DNA of 64,000 nucleotides from Monocercomonoides exilis PA203 (GCA_001643675.2 LSRY02000014.1:744001-808000); one strand, 5' to 3'; shown: positions 53,201 to 63,894, counted from the first letter of the stretch. The notes: a model not told the origin generated them from the letters alone. Numbers and translations are program-made.

Positions 53201-56200
53201 GATTTGGAGTTGGAGAGAATTTTGTGGAATACAATTTGATTGTTGTGGAAAAGGGAGAGGCGAATGTGACCTCACTGAGATTGGATTCAATGAGGTTCGG
53301 GAAGCCTGCGATAAAAGCGAATGGAGGATTGTCATCTGTCTCGTTGAAGAATGTGGAGCTGAATGAAATAACCTTTGAAGGAGAAATGGGATTTGTTGTT
53401 TGTGAGGAAGGAAGCACACTCACAGCAGAAAGTGTGATTGCCAGTGGGTGCGAAATGGGAGGAAGAAGTTTGGTTTGGGCAGGGAGCGGTTGTATTGCGA
53501 GGATGAGGGAATGCAAATGGAGTTCATTCGACATGGGAGATTCTGGGGTGATAAGAGGAAGTGAAGCAAAGGAAATATCCATTTGGAGATGCAATGGGAG
53601 CAATATAAGAGTCAGTGAAGGAGATGGAGTGATGGTGAATGGAGTTGTTGGAGAAGGAGGGATGGCGGATGTGTGGAACACGAGTGTTGACGGCTGTGTG
53701 GCAGAGAAAGGGAATGGAGGAGGAACGATGATAGATTTGAAAGAGAACGCGCAACTGAAGATCAGGAGCGAAACAGAAGTGACGCTGATGAAGAAGTGTT
53801 CGGCTGGACTGGAAGGGACAACGAATGGAGGAGGATGTGGAGGAGGGATGTGGTTAGGGATTGATGGAGAGAGATATCTGTTTGACGTGAGAGGAGTGAG
53901 GTTTGAAGAGAACAGAGCAAGGAGTGGGAAGGATGTGTATGTTGTGTGTGATGATTTGAGGAGGGTTGTGAATGGAAGCAGTTTCTCGTTCAGTGGAAGG
54001 ATAAGTGAGAGAGAAAATTCGCTGATGGGGAAGGATGTGCAGAAGTTTGTGAGTGAGATTGATCTGTTCATATTCATTGATGGATACAGCTCGCCTGTAA
54101 TTGAGGTGGAGAGTGAGAATGGAGACAATGGAATTTGGTGTGGGATGGAGAATTGCCCGTGCAGGAGTGTGGATTATGGCATTGGGAGACTGGGTGGAGA
54201 GGGAGAAAAGAAAATTGTGATAAGTGGGAGCACGAGTGTTGAGAAGGTGGCAGATGTGAGTGGAGCGAGGATTGAAGGAAAAGTCAACAAGAAAATGAAG
54301 GTGGTTGTGGAGAAAGGAATTGAAGGAGAAGGGGAAAGTGTTCTTGATTCGAAAGGAGTGAGTGTGTTTGCGAATGTTGGGTTTGAATTGCCTGGATCAT
54401 TTGAACAGAGGAGAGAAGCAGTGATAAGCTCAGGAACAGCAAGTGGTGTTTTGGAGATGGAATTGTGTTCGTTTGTGATGCAGGAAGGGGAAGAAGAGGC
54501 GATAGAATATCGGATCATCAGAAGCAGTGGACAAGCTGTGAGGATGAAGTGGATATCAATAAATAACATCAAGACAAGAAAGTGTCTGATGGATCTTGCT
54601 CTTCTTGAGATGGAACAAAATGGAGCAGAGAGTGAGTCAGTGAGCATCAGCAACTGCTCGTTTGGGAGCCTGTCAGTTGTTGGTATAGATGAGTCAGCTG
54701 TGATATGTGCAGAGGCGATGAGAGTGATGAAGATAGAACAGAGCAACATGAGTGGCATCACAGGAGGAGAGAGCATGACTGGTGGAGCATTGAGGGCGAA
54801 TATCCTTGATTCAGGGATGATTCATGTGAAAGAGGGGATGATGGAGAGGTGTTTGGCAGAGAAGGTGAAAAGCGGGAAAGGAGGATGGATATATGTGAAT
54901 TGCAGTGAAAGGAGGGGAGGGATGCCATTCAAGTTTGAGGAAGTGAAGTTTGCTGGGAACGAGGCATTTGTGGGGAAGAACATGTTCATTTTGGATTCAG
55001 ATCTGAATGTGACAGTGAAGAGTGAAACATTTGCGATTGCTTTTGAAGGGATGGAAGATGATCCGAATGCATTTGTTGGAAGTGATGAAAAGCGGATGAA
55101 CACAGATCTTTTGAGATTTGCGATTGAATACAGGAGCGAGAGGATTGTGGTGTGGGAAAAGGGAGATGATGTTGTTCGATGCGGGAGTGAAGAAGATCCA
55201 TGTGAGACATTGGAGATGGGATTGAAGCACATTGAGAGAGAAGGGGAAAGAAAAGTGGTGAGAGTGAAAGAAAAGATAAGAGTGGAGGGGAAACATGATT
55301 TGAGTGGGATTGAAGTGGAATCGGTGGGAGCAGGATATGATGAGATGGAATATGGAACAGTTGTGATGGGGAGTGAAGGAGAAAGTGGAGCAAAAGTGTG
55401 CCTTCGCAACAGTGGAGCATTCACTCTGAGAGCACTGGAGATGTGTGTGATGAATGTTTTGGGAAATGGAGAATCAGGAGTGATTGTGAGTGAAGGAGGG
55501 AAAGTTGAATGGGAAGATTGTTCAATCTCATGGAAGGGAAAGAGAGAAGGGATGGGGGATGTTGCATTTTGTGTTGTGAAGAAAGGGGAGCTGGAGATGA
55601 AGAGGTTCAAAGTGCTTTCGTATTTTGGGAAGAGAAGTGTGTTTGTTGTGAGTGGAGAAGTTGTGAGTGTGATTGACGAATTCACAGTCATAAAAGCTTC
55701 ATTGGAAAGTGGGAGTTTGTTTGAGATTGAAGGAGAGGGAGCAAATGGAGGAGGTGAGATGAGGATGAAGAATTGTAGTATTGGATCAGTTGAAGGGGAA
55801 GGAACAGATCCGAGTGTTGTTTCGAGCAGGAGTGGAAGTGGAGTGAAGCTTGTTGTTGAAGATTCGCTGATTGAAGGGTGCAGTTGTGGGAGAAGCGCAG
55901 AGGGAGGAGCGATGCTGTTTAAGTTGAATGAAGGAGGATTGTTCGATGTGTTGAACACGAGTGTGAAGCAGTGTGGATGCTCTGTGAGCGAAGGGAAAGG
56001 AGGCGGGGTGTATATGAAGACTGAATTGAGGGGTGAGCTGGATTATGTGTTTGATAAGGTGATATTCCGAAGGAACACAGCATTCATTGGGAATGATGTG
56101 TTCATTGTGTGCGACTGCATTGAGAGGCAGATCAACGAAACACAGTTCAACATCGACTTCCGTGATGTGGAGTTCATCAGGCAGAATGCGATCTTTGGGA

Positions 56201-59200
56201 TGGACACGGGAGAGCACAAGGAGGAGGCAATTGATCTCATGAGTCTGATTGTGAAATACCAGTCAGACACGATTGTGGTGTCGAGCAAAGAAGGGAAAGG
56301 GGGAAGCAATGAGCAGCAGTGTGGGAAGCCTTCACTTCCTTGTGCAACGATTGGGTTTGGGCTGAGGCATCTGACACACGATTTCTTCAGCCAGATATTT
56401 ATTGATGATGAGTCTGTGATAGATGAGGAAATTGGATTGGACACACTCACACTGAGTGGGATGCATGAAGTGCAGAGTCGAGTGGTTGTGAAAGGGAGGA
56501 TGAACTGCAGCAAAGAGATGATTGTGGAGACAAATGGGCAGGTGTATGTTCGATGGATTCAATTTGCCTTTGAAGAAGTGGAATCAACATCAACTCCACT
56601 TCCAACAACGCATTCATCATTCATGAAGATAACTTCAGGAAAGGCATCGATCAGCATGTGTTTGTTTGAGGGAGTGAGCTCTGCTGAGAGGGAAATGGTG
56701 GAAGTGTCATTCTGTTTGATTTTTGTGGAAAGGGGGAAATGCTCAATGGGGAATGTGAGTGTTATGTGGCTTTCATTTTTAAGTGAAGCAGCCATGATAA
56801 TGGAAGAGGATACTGAAGTGAGTGGGTTGACACTCAGAAATATTGAGGGAAGCAAAGACTGCATGAAGATCAGTGGAGCTGGGAATTCGAGAATGGAAAA
56901 TGGATGGATGGGTAGTGCGAATGGAAAAAAAGAAGAAATAAAGAACAGAGAAGAAAGTGAATTTTCATTTTCGATTCTGTCATCTTCATTTGAGAACATC
57001 ACATGTGTGGATGAGAGTGCAGGAGTGGTTGATGTTGAGGGGATGGAAGAAAATGTGGAGTTTTCGAACTGTTCGTTTGGTGGGTGTGCATCGAGAAGAA
57101 AGAAAGGGAAGATAATATCTCTTTTGATGTGCAATAATATTCAGATGAAGCAGTGCTTGTTTGATGGGGAAATAAGTGAAAAGCAATCGAATGAAGAAGT
57201 GGATGTGTGCAAATGGAATGGATCAGTTGTTGAGGCGAAGGAGAGTTCTGTGGTGATGAAAGATACAACAATCTCAAATTCACATGATGGTGGAATAACA
57301 ATGAGAGGAGGAAGCGTAACAATTGAAGCAGGGAATTTCACGAACAACAACCCATCAATTGAAGGATATCCATCAATCAGAAGAAATATCATCTGCTCTG
57401 ATTTGGGGTCGTTGAACGTGATGAGTTTGAAAGGGGGAGATGGATTGAAGGATAATTCTTCACTTTGGATATTGAATGAAGGGTGCGAATTGGGAGGGAT
57501 GGTTGAGGAGAGAGCATCACCACTATTCATCCCAGTTGTGGAAGAGGCGAGGAATGAGACAGGATCTGAGGGAAGAACAATCATCACGCTGAGTGGGAGA
57601 CTTCTTCTGCCATGTGATGTTTGGTTGAAGTTGAGCTTCAGGAATGGAAGGGAAGAGGTGGTTGAGAGCTATGGGATTGGAGAAAAGGAAAATGTGTCAG
57701 AGAATGAAATTGTTGCAGTTGTTTCATCGGCTCAGATGGCGGCAGTGGGAGCAGAGACGGAAGTGTCTGTGAGTCTTCTGTTTGGAAAAGGTGATTCGCC
57801 TTCATCGACTGATTCGTTTATCCTGAAGAACAGAAGCGAAACCGAAGGAAAGGGAGATGACAAAATTGTTGAAGGAGGGAAAGAAGGAAAATCATTTTGG
57901 CCAATAATTGTTGTTGTTATGGCAATAATCCTTTTAATTGTTCTCATTGTATCAGTTGTTCTGGCTGTTCGGTGGAGGAAAGTGAAGGAAAGAAATGAGG
58001 AATTGCAAGAAATTGTGAATGATAATATCAGAAAAGATCCAAAGGCATTTGAGATGGTGACGATGGAGATGTCTCCAGAGGAGCAGTGGAGGAGAGCTGA
58101 GAGGGAAGCTGAGAAGAAGAACGAAGAGAGGATAAAGAAGAGGGTGTTCGAGAAAAGCTTGGGACACTCGGAATCATCGGAGCATCTTCTATCCGAGAGT
58201 GGTTCCACTGAATACATTTTGGGAAGAGATTCAGACAAGATTCCAGAATGGATGCTGGAGAAGGTTGATGAGAAAGAAGTTGAGGAAGAGACAAGGAAGC
58301 GAACACCATCACCTTCCATCTCATCCACTTCAACCACAGATACTTCAGACACAGAATCCACTTTTGTTCGAGGAGAGGATCTGTGCCCAACAACCTCATC
58401 CATGTCGAACTTGGTGGATGCAATGGCCTGCTCGTCTCCACATGAAAAGTTGATTGTTGACCTGAGGGATTCACTGTTCATGTTATTGCATGGAAGGAAT
58501 GAGAAGAAGGAAATGGCGATAGGCACATTGACTGAGAGAGAGCAAACAGCTGCGCAGATCCTGTTCTGGGTGGCGAATCTTGCTCTCCATTCATTTGACG
58601 AAATGGAGAATCCTCTTTCTTCTCTATCCAATCTCAGTCCTCACATTGTGCTGTTCTCTGAGCACATGGTGATCTGCATTGTCATGCGCTCTGACTTCTC
58701 ATCTTCAGACTCAGATTCATCATCGATCTCATCAACAACAGTTGTGACATCTGCCAGTGATGATGATGATGATGATGATGACTCTCTGCCTTCATCAGCG
58801 TTTGAGGATGAGGATGATTTCAAAAAAGAGTGCTTGAGGTGGATGGCACCGGAGCTGCTGGTGAACAAGAAGATGGGGGCGACAAAGGAGTCGGTGGCAT
58901 TCTCGATTGGGATGATGGTGTGGGAGTGTCTGACGCTGGAGATTCCGTTTGGGGAGTATGGAGCAGAGGTGGCGGGGCAGAAGATTGTGAATGGGGAGAA
59001 GCCGGATGTGAGGAGGGTGGGAGGGAGCAGCTTGGCGGGTGTGGTGAAGGGGTGCCTGTCGCAAGACTGGGGGCAGCGGCCGAGTGTGAACGAGCTGAAG
59101 CGGGAGTTTATTGTGCAGTTTCCGAAAGGGGCAGCAATCATGACGATGACAGACGCGATCTGTGTTCGGGAAGAGTCCATAGCTGGGCTGAACAGAAGCA

Positions 59201-59223
59201 TGATCAGTGAGTCGGAGGAGTGA
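50230..59223 (+). CDS. Type I membrane protein: repeated beta-helix (pectin-lyase/Pmp-like) ectodomain, TM helix, tyrosine-kinase-like pseudokinase
   Basis: Probable signal peptide MNLTFMIIASCFAIFG at 50230 (the ORF track starts at 50068). Recurrent GGG[I/V]Y, F..N.A..G and CG....PC motifs. TM FWPIIVVVMAIILLIVLIVSVVLAV followed by RWRK. Kinase C-lobe LRWMAPELL, FSIGMMVWECLTLEIPF, RPS. Intronless. Confidence 0.85.
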   Translation: MNLTFMIIASCFAIFGSKELLGKEINQLDATVMLQLQQFNNNFRAQQILQFSSILSNLQVMNSSLSASNILQWHFERKPCFFVCKRGHLNIKEYTISFSSKNSPFALDEGSIHSANLSIFTFKPFAHIPRLFCSSLPKNFNNRIGEIFLSDSSFSSFELISIPFLAPNVSCNVKASHLLMVNISVATGAQREMDFSARTDTTIEGSSFFRVWDVIDGGILRSVNSPCASLRATNSSFECCFRTMNVYESGGRNMTRQELGANETHVFTDCEWYDTGYSFEGSGIFLNGSSTLECVRCSFKNMTHFHDGTVDVQSALGVKMIECNFSNCIADDNTGGMIVYKLNGDFFFTECIFCECKAVSSFAGGLRLHQSSGSGSNSIENCKFIRNEARSFGGGLYMETHSNTFFISECEFDGNVANGTVVDSFEGGGGGIFLRTTSWMETEPPPKLISFCLFSGNKAINEEGHDVKIKNSLLKGSPFESSFSTTPSKRVFYNESQIDYDAWLPTIKTTYARIDGIEGPVCGTTQTNPCNTIEQAYNMIEKGAEGTVNILRSTYLSISLFIGGGDISFKGESESECVISTKLLNSHECLFTLDSGSMGLSLVTIRHNSEESSSSLFAMRTAAQKLTLKNVIISGAEDGQSHTFDVSPFKVIFEKTKMENCLIEDIGLGDCSLFEEDEDSGVGRGMLGNVTIQRISRMRGNGAIFSTESERSDSWELENNTFKNCVCKEGNGAVIAWSVGQSGMFKIGRGEVTTVIGECGAEKGSGEEKGRGGGVYLELSFPSSVFEIMNVGFENNHAEHGVNVFITSNQLEHIPKERFGFVSLLSEKAHEVEGAGDTSNTTLVIPIVCYLLDVPRSGIYVSASGADHPQCGHAFFECRSLNCPIEREENTPADGTTTATIKIGHEVEVGSTVIFSKMARMIEGTEDDGSLVVKGEAACKGDEEGNVGVFVVLKETRMRKIGLMMPSVLKDHEAIFQLKGETLNLSECIVGFGVGENFVEYNLIVVEKGEANVTSLRLDSMRFGKPAIKANGGLSSVSLKNVELNEITFEGEMGFVVCEEGSTLTAESVIASGCEMGGRSLVWAGSGCIARMRECKWSSFDMGDSGVIRGSEAKEISIWRCNGSNIRVSEGDGVMVNGVVGEGGMADVWNTSVDGCVAEKGNGGGTMIDLKENAQLKIRSETEVTLMKKCSAGLEGTTNGGGCGGGMWLGIDGERYLFDVRGVRFEENRARSGKDVYVVCDDLRRVVNGSSFSFSGRISERENSLMGKDVQKFVSEIDLFIFIDGYSSPVIEVESENGDNGIWCGMENCPCRSVDYGIGRLGGEGEKKIVISGSTSVEKVADVSGARIEGKVNKKMKVVVEKGIEGEGESVLDSKGVSVFANVGFELPGSFEQRREAVISSGTASGVLEMELCSFVMQEGEEEAIEYRIIRSSGQAVRMKWISINNIKTRKCLMDLALLEMEQNGAESESVSISNCSFGSLSVVGIDESAVICAEAMRVMKIEQSNMSGITGGESMTGGALRANILDSGMIHVKEGMMERCLAEKVKSGKGGWIYVNCSERRGGMPFKFEEVKFAGNEAFVGKNMFILDSDLNVTVKSETFAIAFEGMEDDPNAFVGSDEKRMNTDLLRFAIEYRSERIVVWEKGDDVVRCGSEEDPCETLEMGLKHIEREGERKVVRVKEKIRVEGKHDLSGIEVESVGAGYDEMEYGTVVMGSEGESGAKVCLRNSGAFTLRALEMCVMNVLGNGESGVIVSEGGKVEWEDCSISWKGKREGMGDVAFCVVKKGELEMKRFKVLSYFGKRSVFVVSGEVVSVIDEFTVIKASLESGSLFEIEGEGANGGGEMRMKNCSIGSVEGEGTDPSVVSSRSGSGVKLVVEDSLIEGCSCGRSAEGGAMLFKLNEGGLFDVLNTSVKQCGCSVSEGKGGGVYMKTELRGELDYVFDKVIFRRNTAFIGNDVFIVCDCIERQINETQFNIDFRDVEFIRQNAIFGMDTGEHKEEAIDLMSLIVKYQSDTIVVSSKEGKGGSNEQQCGKPSLPCATIGFGLRHLTHDFFSQIFIDDESVIDEEIGLDTLTLSGMHEVQSRVVVKGRMNCSKEMIVETNGQVYVRWIQFAFEEVESTSTPLPTTHSSFMKITSGKASISMCLFEGVSSAEREMVEVSFCLIFVERGKCSMGNVSVMWLSFLSEAAMIMEEDTEVSGLTLRNIEGSKDCMKISGAGNSRMENGWMGSANGKKEEIKNREESEFSFSILSSSFENITCVDESAGVVDVEGMEENVEFSNCSFGGCASRRKKGKIISLLMCNNIQMKQCLFDGEISEKQSNEEVDVCKWNGSVVEAKESSVVMKDTTISNSHDGGITMRGGSVTIEAGNFTNNNPSIEGYPSIRRNIICSDLGSLNVMSLKGGDGLKDNSSLWILNEGCELGGMVEERASPLFIPVVEEARNETGSEGRTIITLSGRLLLPCDVWLKLSFRNGREEVVESYGIGEKENVSENEIVAVVSSAQMAAVGAETEVSVSLLFGKGDSPSSTDSFILKNRSETEGKGDDKIVEGGKEGKSFWPIIVVVMAIILLIVLIVSVVLAVRWRKVKERNEELQEIVNDNIRKDPKAFEMVTMEMSPEEQWRRAEREAEKKNEERIKKRVFEKSLGHSESSEHLLSESGSTEYILGRDSDKIPEWMLEKVDEKEVEEETRKRTPSPSISSTSTTDTSDTESTFVRGEDLCPTTSSMSNLVDAMACSSPHEKLIVDLRDSLFMLLHGRNEKKEMAIGTLTEREQTAAQILFWVANLALHSFDEMENPLSSLSNLSPHIVLFSEHMVICIVMRSDFSSSDSDSSSISSTTVVTSASDDDDDDDDSLPSSAFEDEDDFKKECLRWMAPELLVNKKMGATKESVAFSIGMMVWECLTLEIPFGEYGAEVAGQKIVNGEKPDVRRVGGSSLAGVVKGCLSQDWGQRPSVNELKREFIVQFPKGAAIMTMTDAICVREESIAGLNRSMISESEE

Positions 59224-59810
59224 GAGGATGTGGATTGGAAGTTGGCAAGCAGGAGAGCAGAGGAGCAGGAGAGCAATGAAACTGAGACAATGAAGACGAT
59301 GTGAGGTGTTTTTGCCATTCACAACAACATCCCCCAAAAATAGTGCATCGAGAGGAATTGGGCAAGAGGAATACAAAAGGAGGATGATTGAAAGGGAAAT
59401 GGCTGTTGGAGCAGAAGCCTTTGAGAGGAATGGGCATGGTGAAAGGAGGAGAGATGAAGTGATGCACCCTCTCAAAAAAAGAGTCGGAATGAAAAGATGA
59501 GCTGGATTTGTTTGAAAGAAGTGAGCCAACTTTGTGGAACGGGGTTGTGGAACGGGGCTGAGGAGAGTTTTGTTTTTCTGTCAGATTTTCAACACAAATT
59601 ATTTTATTGTTTTTTCATTTTTCTTTATTTGCTTGTTTTTCAAAGTTTGTTGTGGAGCAGCATGATTTGCGAGTTGTGCTGCCTGTTTGCGTTATTGAAA
59701 AAAAAGGAATGTTTTGAGTGTATTTCAGTTCTGTGTGTTCGATATTTGGAATTATTTGTTCATAGTCATCACATATCTGTTTGTTTTTAAATTTTGTTTT
59801 TTCAAAGATA

Positions 59811-59813
<3 letters not shown>

Positions 59814-59858
<45 letters not shown>
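59814..59858 (+). repeat. Poly(T)45 tract
   Basis: Directly visible. Confidence 0.95.
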
Positions 59859-60019
59859 CCGATTTTCATAAATAATACGAAAATATATTATCAATTCTAT
59901 TTAAGCATCATTTTATTATGATTTTTGTTTCTTTTCATAAAAATTTTCTGAAAAAATTACCCATAAATCAGAAAGCTCGATCTTTGGAAGGGAAATATAA
60001 GATCAGAAATTTGATAAAT

Positions 60020-61072
60020 ATGCCACTTTGCACACTTAAACAAGCACTTGAGGAAGCCAGAAAAGGTCACTATGGTATGAAATTATAGAATATTTCAGGC
60101 CATTTTTAAAAATAATTTTAACTTTTTTGTGTATTACTGATATTTTTTTTTAAAGCTCTCGGAGCCTTTAATGTTAACAACATGGAACAAATCCAAGGTA
60201 TTATTGCAGCTGCTGCAGAGACAAAAAGCCCGGTTATCATTCAAGCAAGCCGAGGTGCTTTGAAATACACTGAACTTAATTATTTGAAACATATGATTCT
60301 TGCTGCAGTGGAATTGCATCCAGAAATTCCTGTTGTTCTCCATCTCGATCACGGAGATTCATTGGAAACAGCGAAAACAGCAATATCACTCGGGTTCACT
60401 TCAGTTATGATTGACGCTTCGAGCAAGCCATATGAGGAAAATGTCAGAATTACAAAGGAAGTTGTTGAATATGCTCATGCTTTTGGAGTATCTGTTGAAG
60501 CTGAGTTGGGAACACTCGGTGGAATTGAAGAAGACGTGTCAGGTGTTGTCAAGTTGACTGATCCAAAACAAGCAACTGAGTTTGTTGCAGCAACAGGTGT
60601 TGATGCTCTTGCTGTTGCAATTGGAACTTCTCATGGGGCATACAAGTTCAAGTCAACCCCTGTTCTGGCCATTGATCTCGTTGAAACAATCTCAAAAGCA
60701 ACAGAAAAGCCTCTTGTTATGCACGGTTCAAGCTCTGTTCCTCAGGAAATTCTTGCTGACATCAACAAATATGGAGGGAAAATGCCAGATGCACAAGGAG
60801 TACCAATCCCAGCTATTCAAAATGCAATTGAACGAGGTGTTTGCAAAGTGAATGTTGATACTGATTCCAGAATGGCAATGACAGCAACAATTAGGAAAAT
60901 ATTCACTGAACAACCAGGTGTCTTTGATCCAAGAGAATATCTTGGACCTGCAAGAGAAGCAACAAAGCAGCTTGTCATGTCAAAAATGAGAGACTTCGGA
61001 ACAGCTGGACATGCTGGAGATTATGTTCCAATTTCTCTTGAAGAAGCAAAGAAAACTTATTATGGATTATAA
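60020..61072 (+). CDS. fba: Fructose-1,6-bisphosphate aldolase class II (metal-dependent)
   Basis: MPLCTLKQALEEARKGHY|ALGAFNVNNMEQ, VLHLDHG, EAELG, AIGTSHGAYKF, VMHGSS, KVNVDTD. One intron at ~60075-60154. Confidence 0.95.
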
Positions 61073-61718
61073 ATTTTTCCAATTTCAGAGCTAATAATAG
61101 CATAAATCGGCACTAAAAAATACTAAGATAATATTTTCAATGTAGATACTATATGTGAGTATTTACTTGTTTTTTTTAGAGATAACTTCTCTAAAACTTT
61201 AATTTTCAACATCGACATATATTGATTCAAAACGGTTTTTTTATGAACTATTTTTTGTGTTTGGAGGAAGTTTTTTTTTTAAAAATCTTCAAATTAAAGA
61301 ATTAAAGTTGAAAGATCTGTAATAATATTGAAAATACTTATCAACATCAGCCAAAATTAAGAAACAATGCAAGTCGAGAAAGTACATAAATCTTCATAAT
61401 GGAAAAACAATGTACTAAAAAAAAAAAGGAAAATAAAATCTCAAAGTTAAAGAAAAGTCAAAAAAAGTTTACAACAATTATAAAATATAACAGTGGATCA
61501 TGAAGTGATAATTATTAAAGCTCTCAAAACATGATTTAAAAACATAAAAATATATAAATGCTAAAATATGGATTTATCATCCTTAAAAACGTTTTAAAAA
61601 CTAAAATTTATTCATGATAAAAAGAAGTGAAATTGAGTGAAATACAAAGTCAATTGCGCATCTGATCATAAACACAACAACTTTGTTTTTCGCCTTCTTT
61701 CAAATAATGGAAAAAGTT

Positions 61719-62685
61719 TTAAAAAACAGGCCACACTTGTTTGAGAACAGGTGATGTATCCAAAGTCTCTCGTTCTTTTGGATATCCCATTGCATTTTGA
61801 ACATAGCGCACTCCATCCAATAGAAGCTCTTGATTTATATGGGAATGTCCAAAGCAATGAATTGTAGATCCAAGTTGACGAATTTGCTCCTCAAGTCGCG
61901 TGGATCCCATTACATGGGGAAGAAATTTATATTTTAAAAAGGGTCGTGGAGGAAGAAGTTCACGACGAGGGAGCATATGGGAGAATGAGATTACAGTCGA
62001 TTCGGTCATATCGTCAAATGACTTAACAAACTCATCATTTCGATCATGAAGTTCAGATGGATCAAATCCTTGGGGCCACTTGCAAAACAGGTAGTCGGAC
62101 CATCCCTTCATCGTTTCGATATCTTTATGCGCTAACTTTTCATGTTCGCCAAGTGTTGAATCAAACCATGAAAATAAAGGAACAATCCACAGTCCATCAA
62201 TTTCTTCTGGATTTGTTTTCACTCCAATTTCTTTGCACATTTCCAATATTTTATCGAGCTTTAAAAAAAAAATCATAACAATGTTATAAAATAATGATTG
62301 ATTGTTACACCTTCGTTAAAGAATCCATCTCTTCCGATGGTTTTACCCAAACGTCATGATTTCCGGGGGTATAAAACACATGTCTATTTAAAAAATTAAA
62401 TATATATTCAATCATATTTTCATGCAGGTTAAAAAAATTCGCAAATTGTAGCACACTTAAACATTCCGCATAACATCACCAAACACCGCTTAATTTGTTC
62501 AAAATCCTGTGAGATATCTCCTGCGACGATCTAAAGTTGACAAAAACGAAAAAGTAACTCTGTAAAGCTTGGTAAAAAAAATATCAAACGAGGATATCTT
62601 TCTCGTGTTCACTCAAACGTGAAAGCCATGTCCAATTCGCTTCATAATTTATGTGAAGATCAGAAAGCAGAAACACTTTAGTCAT
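61719..62685 (-). CDS. Calcineurin-like metallophosphoesterase
   Basis: SDLH, AGD, PGNHD, FSH and FGHSH metal-binding motifs across 4 exons. The start is either 62685 (MTKVFLLSDLH) or 62760 (adds a signal-like MKLCIILIIICFFG). Confidence 0.85.
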
Positions 62686-62943
62686 ATGTGACAATGGGGC
62701 AGAGCTGGAGGATGGTCCTCCAAAAAAACAAATAATGATCAGAATGATACATAATTTCATAAAAATGTGTAACTCTTTAATATTCAGAATTGAAAAATGA
62801 ATTGTAATTTTAACAAAATCTAACCACTTTACAGAGATATTCGATGTGGAGTGAAATGATTTTAAAAATCGTTGCGTTATCATCTGAATAATATTTTATA
62901 TCTTCTCGTATTTTTAATTTTTTGAATATTCAAATAATGATGT

Positions 62944-63894
62944 TTATTCTTCAACAATTTCTTTTAAAATATCGATTAAATTGTTAACTCCAAATAGATA
63001 TCCATCATCTTCGTGCTCAACAATCGATCCTTCGGTTTTTTCGAAGACGTGCTGCAAATCTATCATTTTCACAATTGGTCGTTGAGGAATTCGCAAAGGC
63101 TCATCAATTAATTCTCCTTTCTGTGAATTTGGCAATCCATCAAATGCAATAAATAAGCTGCTTGAATAAAAATTGAATCTATGAGATAATTCTCCTGAAA
63201 GAAATCCAGAAAATGAAGATAATTGCGCTATAACATCCTGTATAACATCTTTTCGAATCTTTTCATATTCTTTTCGTTGTTGCATTTCTTCCTTTGAATA
63301 TTGGGGAATAACAGTTTGTTTTAAATGCGTTGAGGAAGAAGATTCAAGCGTCTTTGAAAAGGTGGAAAAAAATGTTCGGAAAGCATCTTTAATTTTGTCT
63401 TTTGTATTCAAATTTGCGCCAAATGATTTTGGAAATGAAACAAATTGCCCTAAAATAGGATCATATTTCTGGGGGAAATTTAAATAAATAAATATAAATC
63501 ATCAAGTTCAGACTTTCATTCCAACAATTCTCAAGCCAAGTGTAGCTCCAGTTGTAGATAATGATTTTTGGCTTTGTATCCGCTTTTTTTCTTCAGAGGC
63601 ATCGGGAGCAAAGGGTTTTGTTCCCATTTTAACATCCAATGCACAAGGAAATGTGTAATTTGCAACAAGATTTTCCATTTTTAAATATAGCTTTTCTCCA
63701 TGTTTTTGAGTCCCAAAAAAATGAGGAAGGAATGGAAGATAATCCTTGCAATTGCTTTGAAAAAATTCATAATTTCCAAGTTCTTGAGATATCGGAGGAA
63801 TATACTTAAGCAAAATACGTTTGTCATCTCCAACAAACATTGAATCGGGATGCCCACCAACTTGCGATGATAATTCAGTCAATTCTGATGCCAT
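62944..63894 (-). CDS. Inositol polyphosphate kinase (IPK/IPMK/IP6K family)
   Basis: QVGGH, LKMENL, PCALDVKMG (PxxxDxKxG), SSSLF (SSLL-like), MIDL (IDF-like). Two exons joined by a GTCTGA..CCCAG intron. Confidence 0.88.

Noticed and set aside
59814-59858. Poly(T) as the retroposition tail of the intronless receptor gene
   Set aside because: Wrong polarity: a retrocopy of a + strand gene would leave poly(A) on the + strand. No TSD seen.
43770-61072. Alternative genetic code (TAA/TAG = Gln) as in some related flagellates
   Set aside because: Tubulin and FBA end at TAA exactly at their conserved C-termini, and multi-kb ORFs contain no in-frame TAR.
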